Both the position numbers and the translations under genes were made by a program. The notes beneath the pieces are model-generated. The model searched no databases. It saw nothing but the letters and a program-made list of their open reading frames with translations, and had not been told where the DNA came from. Positions 19,781 to 30,128 of a DNA stretch of 64,000 bases are shown here, piece by piece. Position 1 is the first letter of the stretch. The number at the start of each line of letters is the position of its first letter. The stretch covers positions 129,041 to 193,040 of the forward strand of contig CALXMS010000002.1 of NCBI GenBank assembly GCA_944389535.1. The letters are read 5' to 3'. This DNA is from an uncultured Alphaproteobacteria bacterium. Lineage in GTDB: Bacteria > Pseudomonadota > Alphaproteobacteria > Rs-D84.

Positions 19781-21397
19781 TTACATCATTCCTGGCATAC
19801 CGCCCGCCATTTGCTGGGCAGGTTTTTCTTCCGGAATTTCTGACATAACGGCACCTGTTGTTAATAATACGCCGGCCGTGCTGGCAGCTGCTTGTATAGC
19901 TGTTTTAACGACTTTGGCTGGATCGATTATTCCCGCCTTCATCATATCAACATATTCACCGGTTTGTGCGTTATAGCCAAAGTTATAGTCTTTTGCCTCC
20001 ATAACTTTTCCGACGACGATTTCACCTGATACCCCGGCATTTTCTGCAATTTGAGCACAAGGTGCAACTAACGCGCGACGAACTATATCAATACCAACGT
20101 TCTGATCTTGATTGGCGCCGTTTAATTTATCTAATGCAGCTGTTGCACGAACAAGTGCGATACCGCCGCCTGCTACGATTCCTTCTGCAACAGCAGCGCG
20201 TGTTGCTGCCAATGCGTCATCAACGCGATCTTTCTTTTCTTTGACTTCAACTTCTGTCATTCCACCGACTTTTATGACTGCCACGCCACCGACCAATTTT
20301 GCCAGACGTTCTGCCAGTTTTTCTTTATCATAGTCACTGGTGCTGGTAGACATAAGTTTACGAATTTCGTCTGCACGTGCGGTAATTGCTTTTTTGTCTC
20401 CGCCGCCTTGTGCCAATAAAGTGGAATCTTTTGTAACAACGATTTTCTTTGCCGTACCAAGAACTTCCGGCGTAATGTTTTCAAAAGTCATTCCCATATC
20501 ATCTGATATGACTGTGGCGCCAGTTACTGCGGCAATATCTTTCAGCATTTCTTTACGTCTGTCACCAAAACCTGGGGCTTTTACAGCACAGACTTTCAAA
20601 CCACCACGTAATTTATTTAGAACCAATGTAGCCAAAGCTTCTGATTCCACGTCTTCAGCAATAATTAATAACGACCGACCAGATTGTGCAACAGGTTCCA
20701 ATATAGGCAATAGCGCTTGCAATCCTGTAATTTTCTTTTCAGAAACTAATATTTGTGCACCGTCTAGTTCAGCCAACATTTTTTCACTGTTGGTTACAAA
20801 ATACGGAGACATGAAACCTTGGTCAAATTGCATACCTTCTACGACATCAATTTCTGTTTCAAGGCCTTTTGCTTCTTCAACAGTAATTACGCCTTCTTTT
20901 CCGACTTTTTCCATTGCGCCCGCAATTTTTTCTCCGATTTCTGCATCAGAGTTGGCAGAAATTGTTGCGACTTGCGCGATTTCTGAACTGTCTTTTACAG
21001 GTCGTGCATGTTTTTCAATGTCCGCGACAACGGCGGCTGTTGCCATATCTATACCGCGTTTAACATCCATTGGATTCATACCTGCCGCTATTACGCGACG
21101 ACCTTCGCGAATTATTTTCTGAGCCAAAACTGTTGCGGTTGTCGTACCGTCACCGGCATCATCTCCGGCTTTCTTTGCAACTTCTTGAACCATACGGGCA
21201 CCGATGTTTTCTTGCGGATCTTTCAAAGATACTGCTTTTGCAACAGTTACACCGTCTTTTGTTGCAACTGGGGCACCGTAAGACTTTTCAATTACGACAG
21301 TACGCCCTTTGGGGCCCATTGTAATTTTTACGGCGTTAGCAAGTTTATCAACGCCGGTCGCTAGCTTGTCTGTATCAAATACAATTTCCTTTGCCAT
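19781..21397 (-). CDS. groEL: Chaperonin GroEL
   Basis: 538 aa. '[12 protein letters not shown]' and a C-terminal GGM repeat. Confidence 0.95.
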   Translation of the reverse strand: MAKEIVFDTDKLATGVDKLANAVKITMGPKGRTVVIEKSYGAPVATKDGVTVAKAVSLKDPQENIGARMVQEVAKKAGDDAGDGTTTATVLAQKIIREGRRVIAAGMNPMDVKRGIDMATAAVVADIEKHARPVKDSSEIAQVATISANSDAEIGEKIAGAMEKVGKEGVITVEEAKGLETEIDVVEGMQFDQGFMSPYFVTNSEKMLAELDGAQILVSEKKITGLQALLPILEPVAQSGRSLLIIAEDVESEALATLVLNKLRGGLKVCAVKAPGFGDRRKEMLKDIAAVTGATVISDDMGMTFENITPEVLGTAKKIVVTKDSTLLAQGGGDKKAITARADEIRKLMSTSTSDYDKEKLAERLAKLVGGVAVIKVGGMTEVEVKEKKDRVDDALAATRAAVAEGIVAGGGIALVRATAALDKLNGANQDQNVGIDIVRRALVAPCAQIAENAGVSGEIVVGKVMEAKDYNFGYNAQTGEYVDMMKAGIIDPAKVVKTAIQAAASTAGVLLTTGAVMSEIPEEKPAQQMAGGMPGMM

Positions 21398-21415
21398 AAT
21401 TTATCCTTTCTTTAT

Positions 21416-21706
21416 TTATAAAATCCCTAATATGTCGGTTTCTTTTATTAGAACATAATCTTTACCGTTAATTTTGACTTCGTTTGCTGACGCCGCCCAT
21501 TTTGCAAAAAGGACCGTGTCACCGACTTTGACGGACATTGGAACTCTATCGTCACCGTCGAATGCACCATCGCCGACCGCGATTACTTTCCCGCGAGATG
21601 GTTTTTCCTTTGCGTTATCTGGGATTATGATTCCACCGGATGTTTTGTTTTCTTCTTCTATACGTTCTAATAGAACATAATTATGTAAGGGTTTAAACAT
21701 ATTCAT
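21416..21706 (-). CDS. groES: Co-chaperonin GroES
   Basis: 96 aa; classic GroES sequence. Confidence 0.95.
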   Translation of the reverse strand: MNMFKPLHNYVLLERIEEENKTSGGIIIPDNAKEKPSRGKVIAVGDGAFDGDDRVPMSVKVGDTVLFAKWAASANEVKINGKDYVLIKETDILGIL

Positions 21707-21825
21707 TTCTCCTTAATTATCTGTCTATTTCTTGGCATAGATATAGTGCGTTGAAAAGCGATTTCAAGGGCTTGATTTTATACCTTTGGCGTGATAATCT
21801 GTGCTTTGATATTAAGGGAGAAAAT

Positions 21826-22206
21826 ATGTACGATAAAAACAATGTTTTTGCAAAAATAGCTAGAAATGAAATACCTAGGAATGCGATTGTAGAAAACGAC
21901 TATGCGTTAAGTTTTAATGATATTAATCCATTGTTTGAAAAGCACGTTTTGGTAATACCTAAGGGTGAATATGAAAATATTCTAGAATTTACATCTAAGG
22001 CATCAGCAGAAGAACAGGCAGGTTTTTGGGCGTGTTTCAAAGAAACCGCAGAAAAATTGGGTATTAATCAGAATTTTAATGTATTGGCTAATGCTGGGGC
22101 AGATGCTCCTTTCGTAAAACAATCTGTTTTTCATTTTCATTTGCATTTAGTGTCGGGGGCGAAAAAAACGGAATTAAATAAGGTATTGAAAGAAATATGC
22201 GACTAA
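21826..22206 (+). CDS. HIT-family hydrolase
   Basis: HxHxHxx histidine triad 'FHFHLHLV'. ATG at 21826 with an AAGGGAG RBS; the six-frame ORF opens earlier at 21751. Confidence 0.8.
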   Translation: MYDKNNVFAKIARNEIPRNAIVENDYALSFNDINPLFEKHVLVIPKGEYENILEFTSKASAEEQAGFWACFKETAEKLGINQNFNVLANAGADAPFVKQSVFHFHLHLVSGAKKTELNKVLKEICD

Positions 22207-22412
22207 CAATTCATGTAATACCGCGGGCGCGGCAAAACAAAGTTACAGTTGAAGAAAACGGTTCTTTGCGCGTTCATACTACAGCTGTTCCGGCTGATGG
22301 TGAGGCTAATGATGCGGTAATAAAAATGCTGGCAAAGCATTTAAACGTGCCTAAGACCAGCATAAAGATTGTGCGCGGTGCTAATTCCCGTGATAAAATT
22401 ATAGAGTTTTAA
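22197..22412 (+). CDS. YggU/DUF167 family protein
   Basis: 71 aa; resembles the YggU fold family; overlaps the HIT gene end. Confidence 0.65.
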   Translation: MRLTIHVIPRARQNKVTVEENGSLRVHTTAVPADGEANDAVIKMLAKHLNVPKTSIKIVRGANSRDKIIEF

Positions 22413-22960
22413 TATTCCAGTATCTTTTTAAATAACTCTTCCGGCGTGTTAGCGCCATGAATATTGTAATCGTGTATTGTTTCTATAAAACCGTTTTTTT
22501 GCATATGTATAAATAAGCGCACAAAAGGTACCCAGAAACCAGAGGTGTTTAAAAAGAATAGCGGTTTTTTAGATTCACCGATTTGTTGCATCGTCATAAT
22601 ATCTGTCAGTTCGTTCAATGTACCGATGCCACCTGGTAAAATTATAAAAGCGTCAGATAATTCTATCATTTTTTGCTTTCTTTCGTTTACGCCGTCAACT
22701 ATTTTTACTTCAATGCCGCTATGAACAGGCTCTTGTTTTTCGATGACGTTATTTGTGGATACACCGATAACATGTCCACCGGCCTCAATTGCGGCCGTCG
22801 CGACGGTTCCCATTAATCCGACATTACCGCCGCCGAAAACCATACGTATGTTGTTCTTTCCCAAAAATTCCCCCACGCTAACTGCGGCACGCGCGAACGA
22901 AGGATTGGTTCCCAACTGATGTCCACAATATACAGCAATAGATTTCAATTTTTCTGACAT
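22409..22960 (-). CDS. LOG-family cytokinin riboside 5'-monophosphate phosphoribohydrolase-like protein
   Basis: 'PGGIGTLNEL' (PGGxGTxxE) and a 'GGG' Rossmann motif. Confidence 0.85.
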   Translation of the reverse strand: MSEKLKSIAVYCGHQLGTNPSFARAAVSVGEFLGKNNIRMVFGGGNVGLMGTVATAAIEAGGHVIGVSTNNVIEKQEPVHSGIEVKIVDGVNERKQKMIELSDAFIILPGGIGTLNELTDIMTMQQIGESKKPLFFLNTSGFWVPFVRLFIHMQKNGFIETIHDYNIHGANTPEELFKKILEY

Positions 22961-23010
22961 ATTTTATTTTTCCTTTATTTTTGCGAATTATATCATAAAA
23001 TACCGTTGTT

Positions 23011-24003
23011 ATGAATCAAAACTTTTTGGATTTTATGCAAAATTATAAAAACTGCAAATTGGCGGTTGCCGTCAGTGGCGGTGTAGATTCTGTATGTTTG
23101 TTATGTTGGTTGGCAGAAATCGATGCGGATATAGTATGTTTACATGTAAATCATGGTTTACGCGATAATGCAGAAATAGAAACACAGTACGTTCGCGATT
23201 TATGTAAAAGTTTAAATGTACCATGTAAAATTTTTTATTGGGACGGTGAAAAACCAGCATCAGGTTTAGAGGCTGCTGCGCGTGACGCAAGATATAAGTT
23301 TATGACGGATTTTTGTAAAGATAACAGGATAGACGCATTGCTTACTGCCCATCAGGCAGACGACCAAATTGAAACATTTCTAATGAATCTTGGTCGTGGC
23401 AGCGGGTTATACGGTTTGGCGGCTATGAGACAAGTAACGCATCGTGACGGTATAAATATTGTTCGACCGTTATTATACGTATCTCGTGCAGAGTTAAAGC
23501 AATATTGTGACGAAAAAGGCATTAAATATTTTATGGATGAAATGAATACCGACCCTCAGTATACACGGGTTAAGATTCGTCATAATAGGTACTTATTGTC
23601 CGAAAAATTAGGAATCAGTGACGGGCGCATTTTATTAGCTGTTCAGAACCTTGGTCGTGTAAGAGATGCGATTGATATGCAAATTGCCGAAATGGTGTCA
23701 AAAGTAGTTAATAATCGTCGTGCTGTATTTTCTGATTCTTTTCTGTTTGACCAAGAGCCCGATATTAGATTAAAGTTGCTGGGAACGTTGATTCAGAAAA
23801 TTGGGGGAGATGAATATCAACCACGCTTGAATTCTTTATCAAACGCACTAGATAAATTGCAACACGATTGTAAATTTACGCTGGGGCACTGTACTTTGCG
23901 CAGGTTGAACCAGAAAATTTTAATTGTACCGGAAGGTGCGAAAACAAGTTTTAGGACAAGACATGGAAAACCAAAATTTGAAAAATCAGAAAAAGAAATC
24001 TAA
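23011..24003 (+). CDS. tilS: tRNA(Ile)-lysidine synthetase TilS
   Basis: PP-loop 'VAVSGGVDS'. Confidence 0.85.
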   Translation: MNQNFLDFMQNYKNCKLAVAVSGGVDSVCLLCWLAEIDADIVCLHVNHGLRDNAEIETQYVRDLCKSLNVPCKIFYWDGEKPASGLEAAARDARYKFMTDFCKDNRIDALLTAHQADDQIETFLMNLGRGSGLYGLAAMRQVTHRDGINIVRPLLYVSRAELKQYCDEKGIKYFMDEMNTDPQYTRVKIRHNRYLLSEKLGISDGRILLAVQNLGRVRDAIDMQIAEMVSKVVNNRRAVFSDSFLFDQEPDIRLKLLGTLIQKIGGDEYQPRLNSLSNALDKLQHDCKFTLGHCTLRRLNQKILIVPEGAKTSFRTRHGKPKFEKSEKEI

Positions 24004-25867
24004 TTTTTTTCGTCGCGGCGGCGATAATGGGAATATTTTTCTTATAATATTTTCTTTATTATTTGCTTTTATGATTGCGCGTTCGTTTGTTGGTGGCGGA
24101 AACGCGCCACAGATGTTTGGCACGGGAACGGATGCGCCTAAGTCAGTCGAGTTAAGCTTTTCTGACGTCTTACGTCGTGCACCTGAAATTAAAACGATGG
24201 AAATACGCGGCAGTGAAGCCGCCGGTACCTTAATTGACGGTACGCCATATACAGCCACGATTACTTATGATCCAGAACTTTTAAGTCAGATTGCAGAAAA
24301 TGGTGCAACCATTTCTATTGATACATCAAAAACGTGGGTTGACTATCTTGGTACCTGGGTTCCGATTTTAATGGGGTTATTTTTCATATGGTGGATATTC
24401 CGTGGCTTTAAAATGGGGGCAGGCGGTTTAAGCCGTAGTTTAGCGCAGCAAAACCCGACTAAAATTACGACAGGTAAAACTAAAACAACGTTTAAAGACG
24501 TTGCGGGAATTGATTCTGAAAAGCAAGAATTAATGGAAATCGTTGATTTCTTAAAAGATAGCAAAAAGTTTCGTGATGTTGGTGCACGTGTACCGCGTGG
24601 CATATTGCTATCTGGGGAACCTGGAACCGGTAAAACGCTGTTGGCGCGTGCCATAGCGGGTGAAGCAAACGTGCCATTTTTTGCGGCATCTGGCAGTGAT
24701 TTTTCTGGCATAATCGTGGGGTTAGGCGTTGCTAAGATAAAAGAAATTTTTGATATGGCGAAACGTAATGCGCCTTGTATATTGTTTATTGATGAAATAG
24801 ATGCAATCGGTCAGCGGCGTAGTACTCATTCATATAATGATCAAGATCGAGAACAGACTTTGAATCAGCTATTGATAGAAATGGACGGTTTTGCTAATGA
24901 TACCGGAATAATTGTTATCGGTGCAACTAATCGCGTTGATATGTTGGATCCTGCCTTATTGCGTCCAGGGCGTTTTGATAGACAGGTTTATATTGAATTG
25001 CCTGATTTGGCGGGACGTCGCGAGATTTTAGATTTATATGCAAAAAAAGTAAAAGTATCATCAGACGTTAATTTGCAAGATTTGGCGCGCGGAACGACCG
25101 GGTTTTCAGGAGCGGACTTAGAAAATTTATTGAACGAAGCCGCATTACATGCGGTTCGTAACGGGCGCAAAGAAATAGCGCAAGTAGACGTTGAAGAAGC
25201 GCGTGATAAAATTTTAATGGGCCCACGTAAAGTTCGAAAAATGCGTCCAGAAGATATAAAACTAACTGCTTATCATGAAGCTGGGCATGCGTTTGTAAGC
25301 ATGATGTATGCGGATATTACCGACCCAATTCATAAAGCAACGATTATACCGCGCGGTCGTGCGCTGGGTATGGTTCAGCATTTACCGATAGATGATAAGG
25401 TATCTATGACTATTTCTGAAGTTCGGGCGAATTTATCTATTGCTTTGGCTGGGCGTAGCGCGGAAGAGGTTTTCTTTGGTTCCGATAAAATTACAACTGG
25501 TGCGGAAAGCGATATAGCGATGGCCACAAGATTGGCACGTTACTCTATTACCACAGCGGGTTTGTCAAAGAAGATAGGTTTGGCGGCTATAAATCAAGTA
25601 AATTCTTTCGGTACGCGTAGTGCGTTGGAAAACGCCTCTGAAAAGACTGCACAGATGGTTGATGAAGAGGTAAAAGCGTGGCTTGATGCAGCGCATACGG
25701 ATGCTACTAGGCTGCTGTCGAAAAACAAAGACACGGTGCGTAAACTTGCAGAAGAATTACTAGCTCGTGAAACTTTGACCGGCAGCGAGATAAAAGAAAT
25801 TGTATTTGGTAAAAAGACCAATAAAAAAGCAACGGTTAAAAAGTCTAAAAAAGATGCCGGTAAATAA
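23963..25867 (+). CDS. ftsH: ATP-dependent zinc metalloprotease FtsH
   Basis: Walker A 'GEPGTGKT', SRH, and the 'HEAGHA' zinc motif. Start taken at MENQNL (23963), overlapping the tilS end. Confidence 0.9.
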   Translation: MENQNLKNQKKKSNFFRRGGDNGNIFLIIFSLLFAFMIARSFVGGGNAPQMFGTGTDAPKSVELSFSDVLRRAPEIKTMEIRGSEAAGTLIDGTPYTATITYDPELLSQIAENGATISIDTSKTWVDYLGTWVPILMGLFFIWWIFRGFKMGAGGLSRSLAQQNPTKITTGKTKTTFKDVAGIDSEKQELMEIVDFLKDSKKFRDVGARVPRGILLSGEPGTGKTLLARAIAGEANVPFFAASGSDFSGIIVGLGVAKIKEIFDMAKRNAPCILFIDEIDAIGQRRSTHSYNDQDREQTLNQLLIEMDGFANDTGIIVIGATNRVDMLDPALLRPGRFDRQVYIELPDLAGRREILDLYAKKVKVSSDVNLQDLARGTTGFSGADLENLLNEAALHAVRNGRKEIAQVDVEEARDKILMGPRKVRKMRPEDIKLTAYHEAGHAFVSMMYADITDPIHKATIIPRGRALGMVQHLPIDDKVSMTISEVRANLSIALAGRSAEEVFFGSDKITTGAESDIAMATRLARYSITTAGLSKKIGLAAINQVNSFGTRSALENASEKTAQMVDEEVKAWLDAAHTDATRLLSKNKDTVRKLAEELLARETLTGSEIKEIVFGKKTNKKATVKKSKKDAGK

Positions 25868-26501
25868 TATTGAACCAAAGTTTGAAGTTTTACATATGCC
25901 ACCAGAAAATACTAATTCTGTGTTGGTAACCGTTGGTACCGACGCTGTAATTTTTGATGCGTGGGGAAATTCAAAAGATTGGGAAAAGTTGCTGGAAAGT
26001 CGGGGACTGCGTTTAATTGCGATATATTCAACGCACGGGCATGGCGATCATATTTCAGCGGCACCGATGTTGGCGGAAAAATATGATGTGCCGTGGTATT
26101 TAAATAGTGAAGATAACGTTCTAATCAGTTGGTCTAATAATTTATTAAAGTACTTTGGTTTGCCTCTAATAGAAGGAAATTATAGACAGCCAACAGATGT
26201 TGAGGCCGGAGAAAAAGAAATTTTACCTGGTTTGTTTGTTGATGTTATTGAAACGCCCGGGCATACGCCTGGTGGGGTTACGTATTACTTTCCAGATTAT
26301 GGTGTTTTGTTGACCGGTGATACGTTGTTTCGTGACAGTTTCGGACGGTATGATTTACCTGGTGGAGACGCAAACGCAATAATGCAGTCTATTTCTAAGT
26401 TATACGAAATGAATTTTCCAGATGAAACATTTGTCGTACATGGACATGGAATAGATTCAACGATTGCTCTTTTAAAAAAAGAAAATCCGTATTTTAAATA
26501 G
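25854..26501 (+). CDS. MBL-fold metallo-hydrolase (glyoxalase II-like)
   Basis: 'HGHGDH' metal-binding motif. Confidence 0.75.
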   Translation: MPVNNIEPKFEVLHMPPENTNSVLVTVGTDAVIFDAWGNSKDWEKLLESRGLRLIAIYSTHGHGDHISAAPMLAEKYDVPWYLNSEDNVLISWSNNLLKYFGLPLIEGNYRQPTDVEAGEKEILPGLFVDVIETPGHTPGGVTYYFPDYGVLLTGDTLFRDSFGRYDLPGGDANAIMQSISKLYEMNFPDETFVVHGHGIDSTIALLKKENPYFK

Positions 26502-26503
26502 TA

Positions 26504-27274
26504 TTATTTACTAAATACTAATACACGCTCTTTCCCAGACAAGTCTTTTTCAGTGCGGTCAAAAACCCAGCCGCGTTTTATAAAAATTTCTTGTACATCA
26601 AAATCTTGGTCTTGACCAATTTCTAGATAAATTTTTCCGTTTTCTTTCAGCCAATTTTTTGCGTTTTTTGCGATGCTTTCATAGGCTGCTAATCCGTTGT
26701 TTTTAGCATAAAGAGCCCGCCTAGGATCATGTTTTGCACCTGCATCAACGCGTGGGTCTTTATACGCAATATAAGGAGGATTAGAAACAATTATGTCAAA
26801 CTGAATATTAAAAGCGTTTGGTTTATTAAAGTTTTTTCTAACGATTTGTATTTTATCGCTAATACCCAGTTCTTTTATGTTTTTATATGCCACTCGTAAT
26901 GCCGGCAAAGAGATGTCTGCTGCGATTCCTGTGGCACCGTTGATGTTTTTTACAAGAGCCGCAATTATGCATCCTGTTCCTGTTCCTAAATCTAATATTG
27001 TAGGTTGAATATCTGGGCCGCAATCTGCAATTACTGCCGCAACAAGTGTTTCTGTATCCGGGCGCGGGTCTAATGTATTACGATTTGTATAAAATTTTAG
27101 ACCATAGAACCACTTTTGGTGTATTATTTTTGCGACAGGGACGCCCCTGCGAAGCGCACGCGCCATAAACCAAATTTTTAACTTTGTAATTTTTTTTGTG
27201 TTTTCAATTATTATTCTGGCGTCGTGTGAGTTACTGGCACCAGATAGGATTTCAAATGCTTGATTTATTTTCAT
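26504..27274 (-). CDS. prmC: Release-factor glutamine N5-methyltransferase PrmC/HemK
   Basis: 'DLGTGTGCI' motif I and 'NPPY' motif IV. Confidence 0.85.
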   Translation of the reverse strand: MKINQAFEILSGASNSHDARIIIENTKKITKLKIWFMARALRRGVPVAKIIHQKWFYGLKFYTNRNTLDPRPDTETLVAAVIADCGPDIQPTILDLGTGTGCIIAALVKNINGATGIAADISLPALRVAYKNIKELGISDKIQIVRKNFNKPNAFNIQFDIIVSNPPYIAYKDPRVDAGAKHDPRRALYAKNNGLAAYESIAKNAKNWLKENGKIYLEIGQDQDFDVQEIFIKRGWVFDRTEKDLSGKERVLVFSK

Positions 27275-28549
27275 AAAGCAATTATAATCTGCCTTATGAA
27301 AAAAGCAAAAGATATTATAAATATAAATAATATTGCCCGTGCGGTTGTTGCGTTGGCAATAGTTTTAGTCGTTATCGCTGTTGGGTTATTTATATCTCGC
27401 AATGTTGCAGGTGGAAAATCATCTGATGATGGTTATCGTTCTATCGTAGTCGTTGCGTCTGGGGATACTTTGTCAAAACTTTTAACGGATCAAGGTTTTT
27501 CTAATGCTGAGGTTCTAGAAATTGCCAAAGTGTTAAAGAAAGATGCAGATATAACAAGTCTACGTGCCGAAAGTGATAAGATAGAATTTGTGCGTGCAGA
27601 TGAAACTGCACCGATTTCTAAGATTATCATAGTACCATCTCCATGGAAACAGATTGAAGTTACCTGTGATGCGGATGGTAATTGGCAGTGTCAAACAATA
27701 GATATAAAACCTGATACACGTGTCATATACCGTCAGGGTGAAATTTTGGATGGTGATAGTTTTTATCTTGCTGGCGGTCGTGCAGGAATACCTGAGGGTG
27801 TTTTGGCAGAAGTGTATGATTTATTAGCGTTTGAAATGGACTTCGAACGAGACGTTCGTGCTGGTCAGAAGTTTTCTGTTTTGTACGAAGAAAACTTTGC
27901 TAATGGTGAAAAGGTAGACAACGGGCGTGTTTTGGCGGTACAGTTTGAAGCTTTGCGCGGTAATGTAAAAATGTATCGCTTTAAAAAAGCCGACGGAAAA
28001 ATTGGTTATTACGATGAAAACGGTAACGGTGCCATAAAATCTTTAAAACGTACACCGATAAATAACGCAAAGGTTACCAGCAGTTTTTCAAACAGCAGAA
28101 AACATCCTGTGCTGGGTTACACTCGGGCACATAAAGGTGTAGATTTCCGTGCGTCAACTGGTACGCCGATTCCGGCGGCTGGGGCAGGGCGCGTAGTTGC
28201 TCGTGGGTATAATAACGGTCATGGTAATTATATAAAACTTCGTCATAACGGTTCTTATGAAACTTTGTATGCTCATATGTCTCGTTTCGCTAAAGGGGTA
28301 GTGGTTGGAACTACTGTAAAACAGGGACAGACGATAGGATATGTTGGATCAACTGGGCTTTCTACGGGACCTCATCTGCATTATGAAATAATTAAAGACG
28401 GTAAGCATGTAAATCCTATGACTGTAAAATTACCTGCGATTAACAATTTAGGAAAAAAAGACAAAGAACAATTTTTAAAATACAGACAGGTTATTGATGA
28501 TGGTATAGAACATCTATCCAAACATCCGGAATGGTTTATACAACTATAA
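27260..28549 (+). CDS. M23-family peptidoglycan endopeptidase with N-terminal TM and LysM/OapA-like region
   Basis: 'HKGVDF...G.GRV' and 'GPHLHYEI' M23 motifs. Confidence 0.8.
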   Translation: MIYFHKAIIICLMKKAKDIININNIARAVVALAIVLVVIAVGLFISRNVAGGKSSDDGYRSIVVVASGDTLSKLLTDQGFSNAEVLEIAKVLKKDADITSLRAESDKIEFVRADETAPISKIIIVPSPWKQIEVTCDADGNWQCQTIDIKPDTRVIYRQGEILDGDSFYLAGGRAGIPEGVLAEVYDLLAFEMDFERDVRAGQKFSVLYEENFANGEKVDNGRVLAVQFEALRGNVKMYRFKKADGKIGYYDENGNGAIKSLKRTPINNAKVTSSFSNSRKHPVLGYTRAHKGVDFRASTGTPIPAAGAGRVVARGYNNGHGNYIKLRHNGSYETLYAHMSRFAKGVVVGTTVKQGQTIGYVGSTGLSTGPHLHYEIIKDGKHVNPMTVKLPAINNLGKKDKEQFLKYRQVIDDGIEHLSKHPEWFIQL

Positions 28550-28550
28550 A

Positions 28551-28575
28551 ATCTGGCGAAAGCCAGATTTTTTGT
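28551..28575 (+). terminator. Rho-independent terminator (ATCTGGC-GAAA-GCCAGAT plus T-run)
   Basis: Perfect 7-bp stem and T7 immediately after the stop. Confidence 0.7.
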
Positions 28576-28598
28576 TATGAGAAATAAATTTAAAAAAA

Positions 28599-28626
28599 CT
28601 TGACAAATATTTTTCGTGTGTTAAAT
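28599..28626 (+). promoter_or_regulatory. Consensus-like sigma70 promoter TTGACA -16 bp- TTAAAT
   Basis: TTGACA at 28599-28604 and TTAAAT at 28621-28626, with an AAAAGGA RBS before the ATG at 28660. Confidence 0.5.
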
Positions 28627-28659
28627 TTTGCGATGTTATAACAACGAAAAGGATTTAAT

Positions 28660-28893
28660 ATGTCAAATTATATGGATGATTTTATGAAATCCAGCAATGC
28701 TTCAAAAGCATATAAAAGAGCTTCTGTTGAAGGTATGGATTTTATATCTGATTATATGCCGATTGACACAAAAGAAACGAAAAGCTTCGATACTGATAAA
28801 TTAAACGAGGTTGTGTTTAATCCGTTTCAGCGTGGCAGTGGGTGTACTTTGGCTGGATATACATTACAAGAAGTATTGGCGCATACTCGCTAA
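28660..28893 (+). CDS. Small hypothetical protein (77 aa)
   Basis: Good promoter and RBS; no recognisable domain. Confidence 0.5.
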   Translation: MSNYMDDFMKSSNASKAYKRASVEGMDFISDYMPIDTKETKSFDTDKLNEVVFNPFQRGSGCTLAGYTLQEVLAHTR

Positions 28894-28924
28894 TATAAAA
28901 ATTTTGTGATGAACTAAGCGGTGT

Positions 28925-29317
28925 TTACGCACCGCTTTTTTCTTTGTTTAATAATCTGATTTTTTCTTTAATTCCACCTGGCGCGGAATAGCCTCCGATT
29001 GAGCCGTCGTTGCGAACAACGCGATGACAGGGAATTATTGGGGGCAGGGGATTTTTCCCGATTGCGTTGGCAACTGCACGTACTGCGTTTGGATGACCAG
29101 ACATTTGGGCGACTTGGGCATAAGTTCTTGTTTTGCCGTATGGGATTTTTATCAAAGCTTTCCAAACGTCGTGTTGGAAATCGGTACCTGGAAGTTTATC
29201 AATGTCAATATCAGATATTTTGTTTTGCGTTTTGTTAGTTTTGGAATAAGCAATGTCGTCAGATGCACTGGCAGTTTGGTCGTAAACGAAATTCATAAAA
29301 TCTTTACTAGAAGCCAT
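28925..29317 (-). CDS. ogt: Methylated-DNA--protein-cysteine methyltransferase (Ogt/MGMT) C-terminal-domain protein
   Basis: 'IPCHRVV' active-site motif. Confidence 0.85.
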   Translation of the reverse strand: MASSKDFMNFVYDQTASASDDIAYSKTNKTQNKISDIDIDKLPGTDFQHDVWKALIKIPYGKTRTYAQVAQMSGHPNAVRAVANAIGKNPLPPIIPCHRVVRNDGSIGGYSAPGGIKEKIRLLNKEKSGA

Positions 29318-29392
29318 ATCAAGAGTTTAGCAAAACATGTATATTATTCCAACGAAAAATAAAACCAGTCATAAAAGACCGGTTTAAATTTC

Positions 29393-29469
29393 TGGCGCGC
29401 CCAGAAGGATTCGAACCCTCAACCTTCTGATCCGTAGTCAGATGCTCTATCCAATTGAGCCATGGGCGC
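29393..29469 (-). tRNA. tRNA-Arg (anticodon ACG)
   Basis: 77-nt cloverleaf on the minus strand. Acceptor GCGCCCA/TGGGCGC, anticodon loop CTACGGA, T-loop GGTTCGAATCC, encoded CCA. Confidence 0.9.
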
Positions 29470-29523
29470 AACGGTCTTATATTCTATACCTTTTTATCGC
29501 GATTGCAAGTAAAATATGCGCTT

Positions 29524-30105
29524 TTATCTGCCGGCTTTACCATTGCCACGATAAAACATATTAAAATGCTGACGGCATACAGATTTATAATTGCTGTCAC
29601 CAATTGATATTTGTTCACCCTCTCTAATTACGTTACCTGTAGAATCAAAACGAAGATGATGCGTCGCTAAACGCATGCACCCAGGTATCTGACACGTCGA
29701 TTCCATACGATGTAATTTTGCGCCTACCTCTATCAATCTACGTGCAGCTGGAAATATATGTTCATTGCTGTCCACCATCAAACCATAGCACATTATTATA
29801 ATTGGTCGGCTGTCGGCAATATGAACCAGTCTATCTATGTCTGATGGATTAAAAAATTGAATTTCGTCAATCAATACCATTTTTGTATCTGGGGCAGGAG
29901 ACCAATCTTGTAGCGTAGAAATAACAGTTGCCGGTGCAGATATTCCAATGCGAGATGTTACTTTATCTTCACTAAATCTGTTATCAATTTTAGGCTTTAT
30001 GATTTCGGTTTTATTGTCGTTTTTATTCTGATTATATGCGTTTATAACCAATAAAGCCGATTTAGAACATCCCATCGTTCCGTAATGAAAGTGAAGATTT
30101 GCCAT
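29524..30105 (-). CDS. tdk: Thymidine kinase
   Basis: 193 aa. P-loop 'GTMGCSKSA' and C-terminal Zn-ribbon cysteines. Confidence 0.85.
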   Translation of the reverse strand: MANLHFHYGTMGCSKSALLVINAYNQNKNDNKTEIIKPKIDNRFSEDKVTSRIGISAPATVISTLQDWSPAPDTKMVLIDEIQFFNPSDIDRLVHIADSRPIIIMCYGLMVDSNEHIFPAARRLIEVGAKLHRMESTCQIPGCMRLATHHLRFDSTGNVIREGEQISIGDSNYKSVCRQHFNMFYRGNGKAGR

Positions 30106-30128
30106 TTTTATGCCTTTATAATAGTGTA

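Noticed and set aside
20340-21122. 260-aa plus-strand ORF (and several others at 20062-21364) inside groEL
   Set aside because: These are antisense shadow ORFs of a highly expressed GC-biased gene. Their composition is low-complexity Ser/Ala/Thr with no RBS.
23924-23962. Upstream extension of ftsH from 23924
   Set aside because: It overlaps tilS. The conserved FtsH N-terminus, cytoplasmic stub and TM begin at MENQNL (23963).
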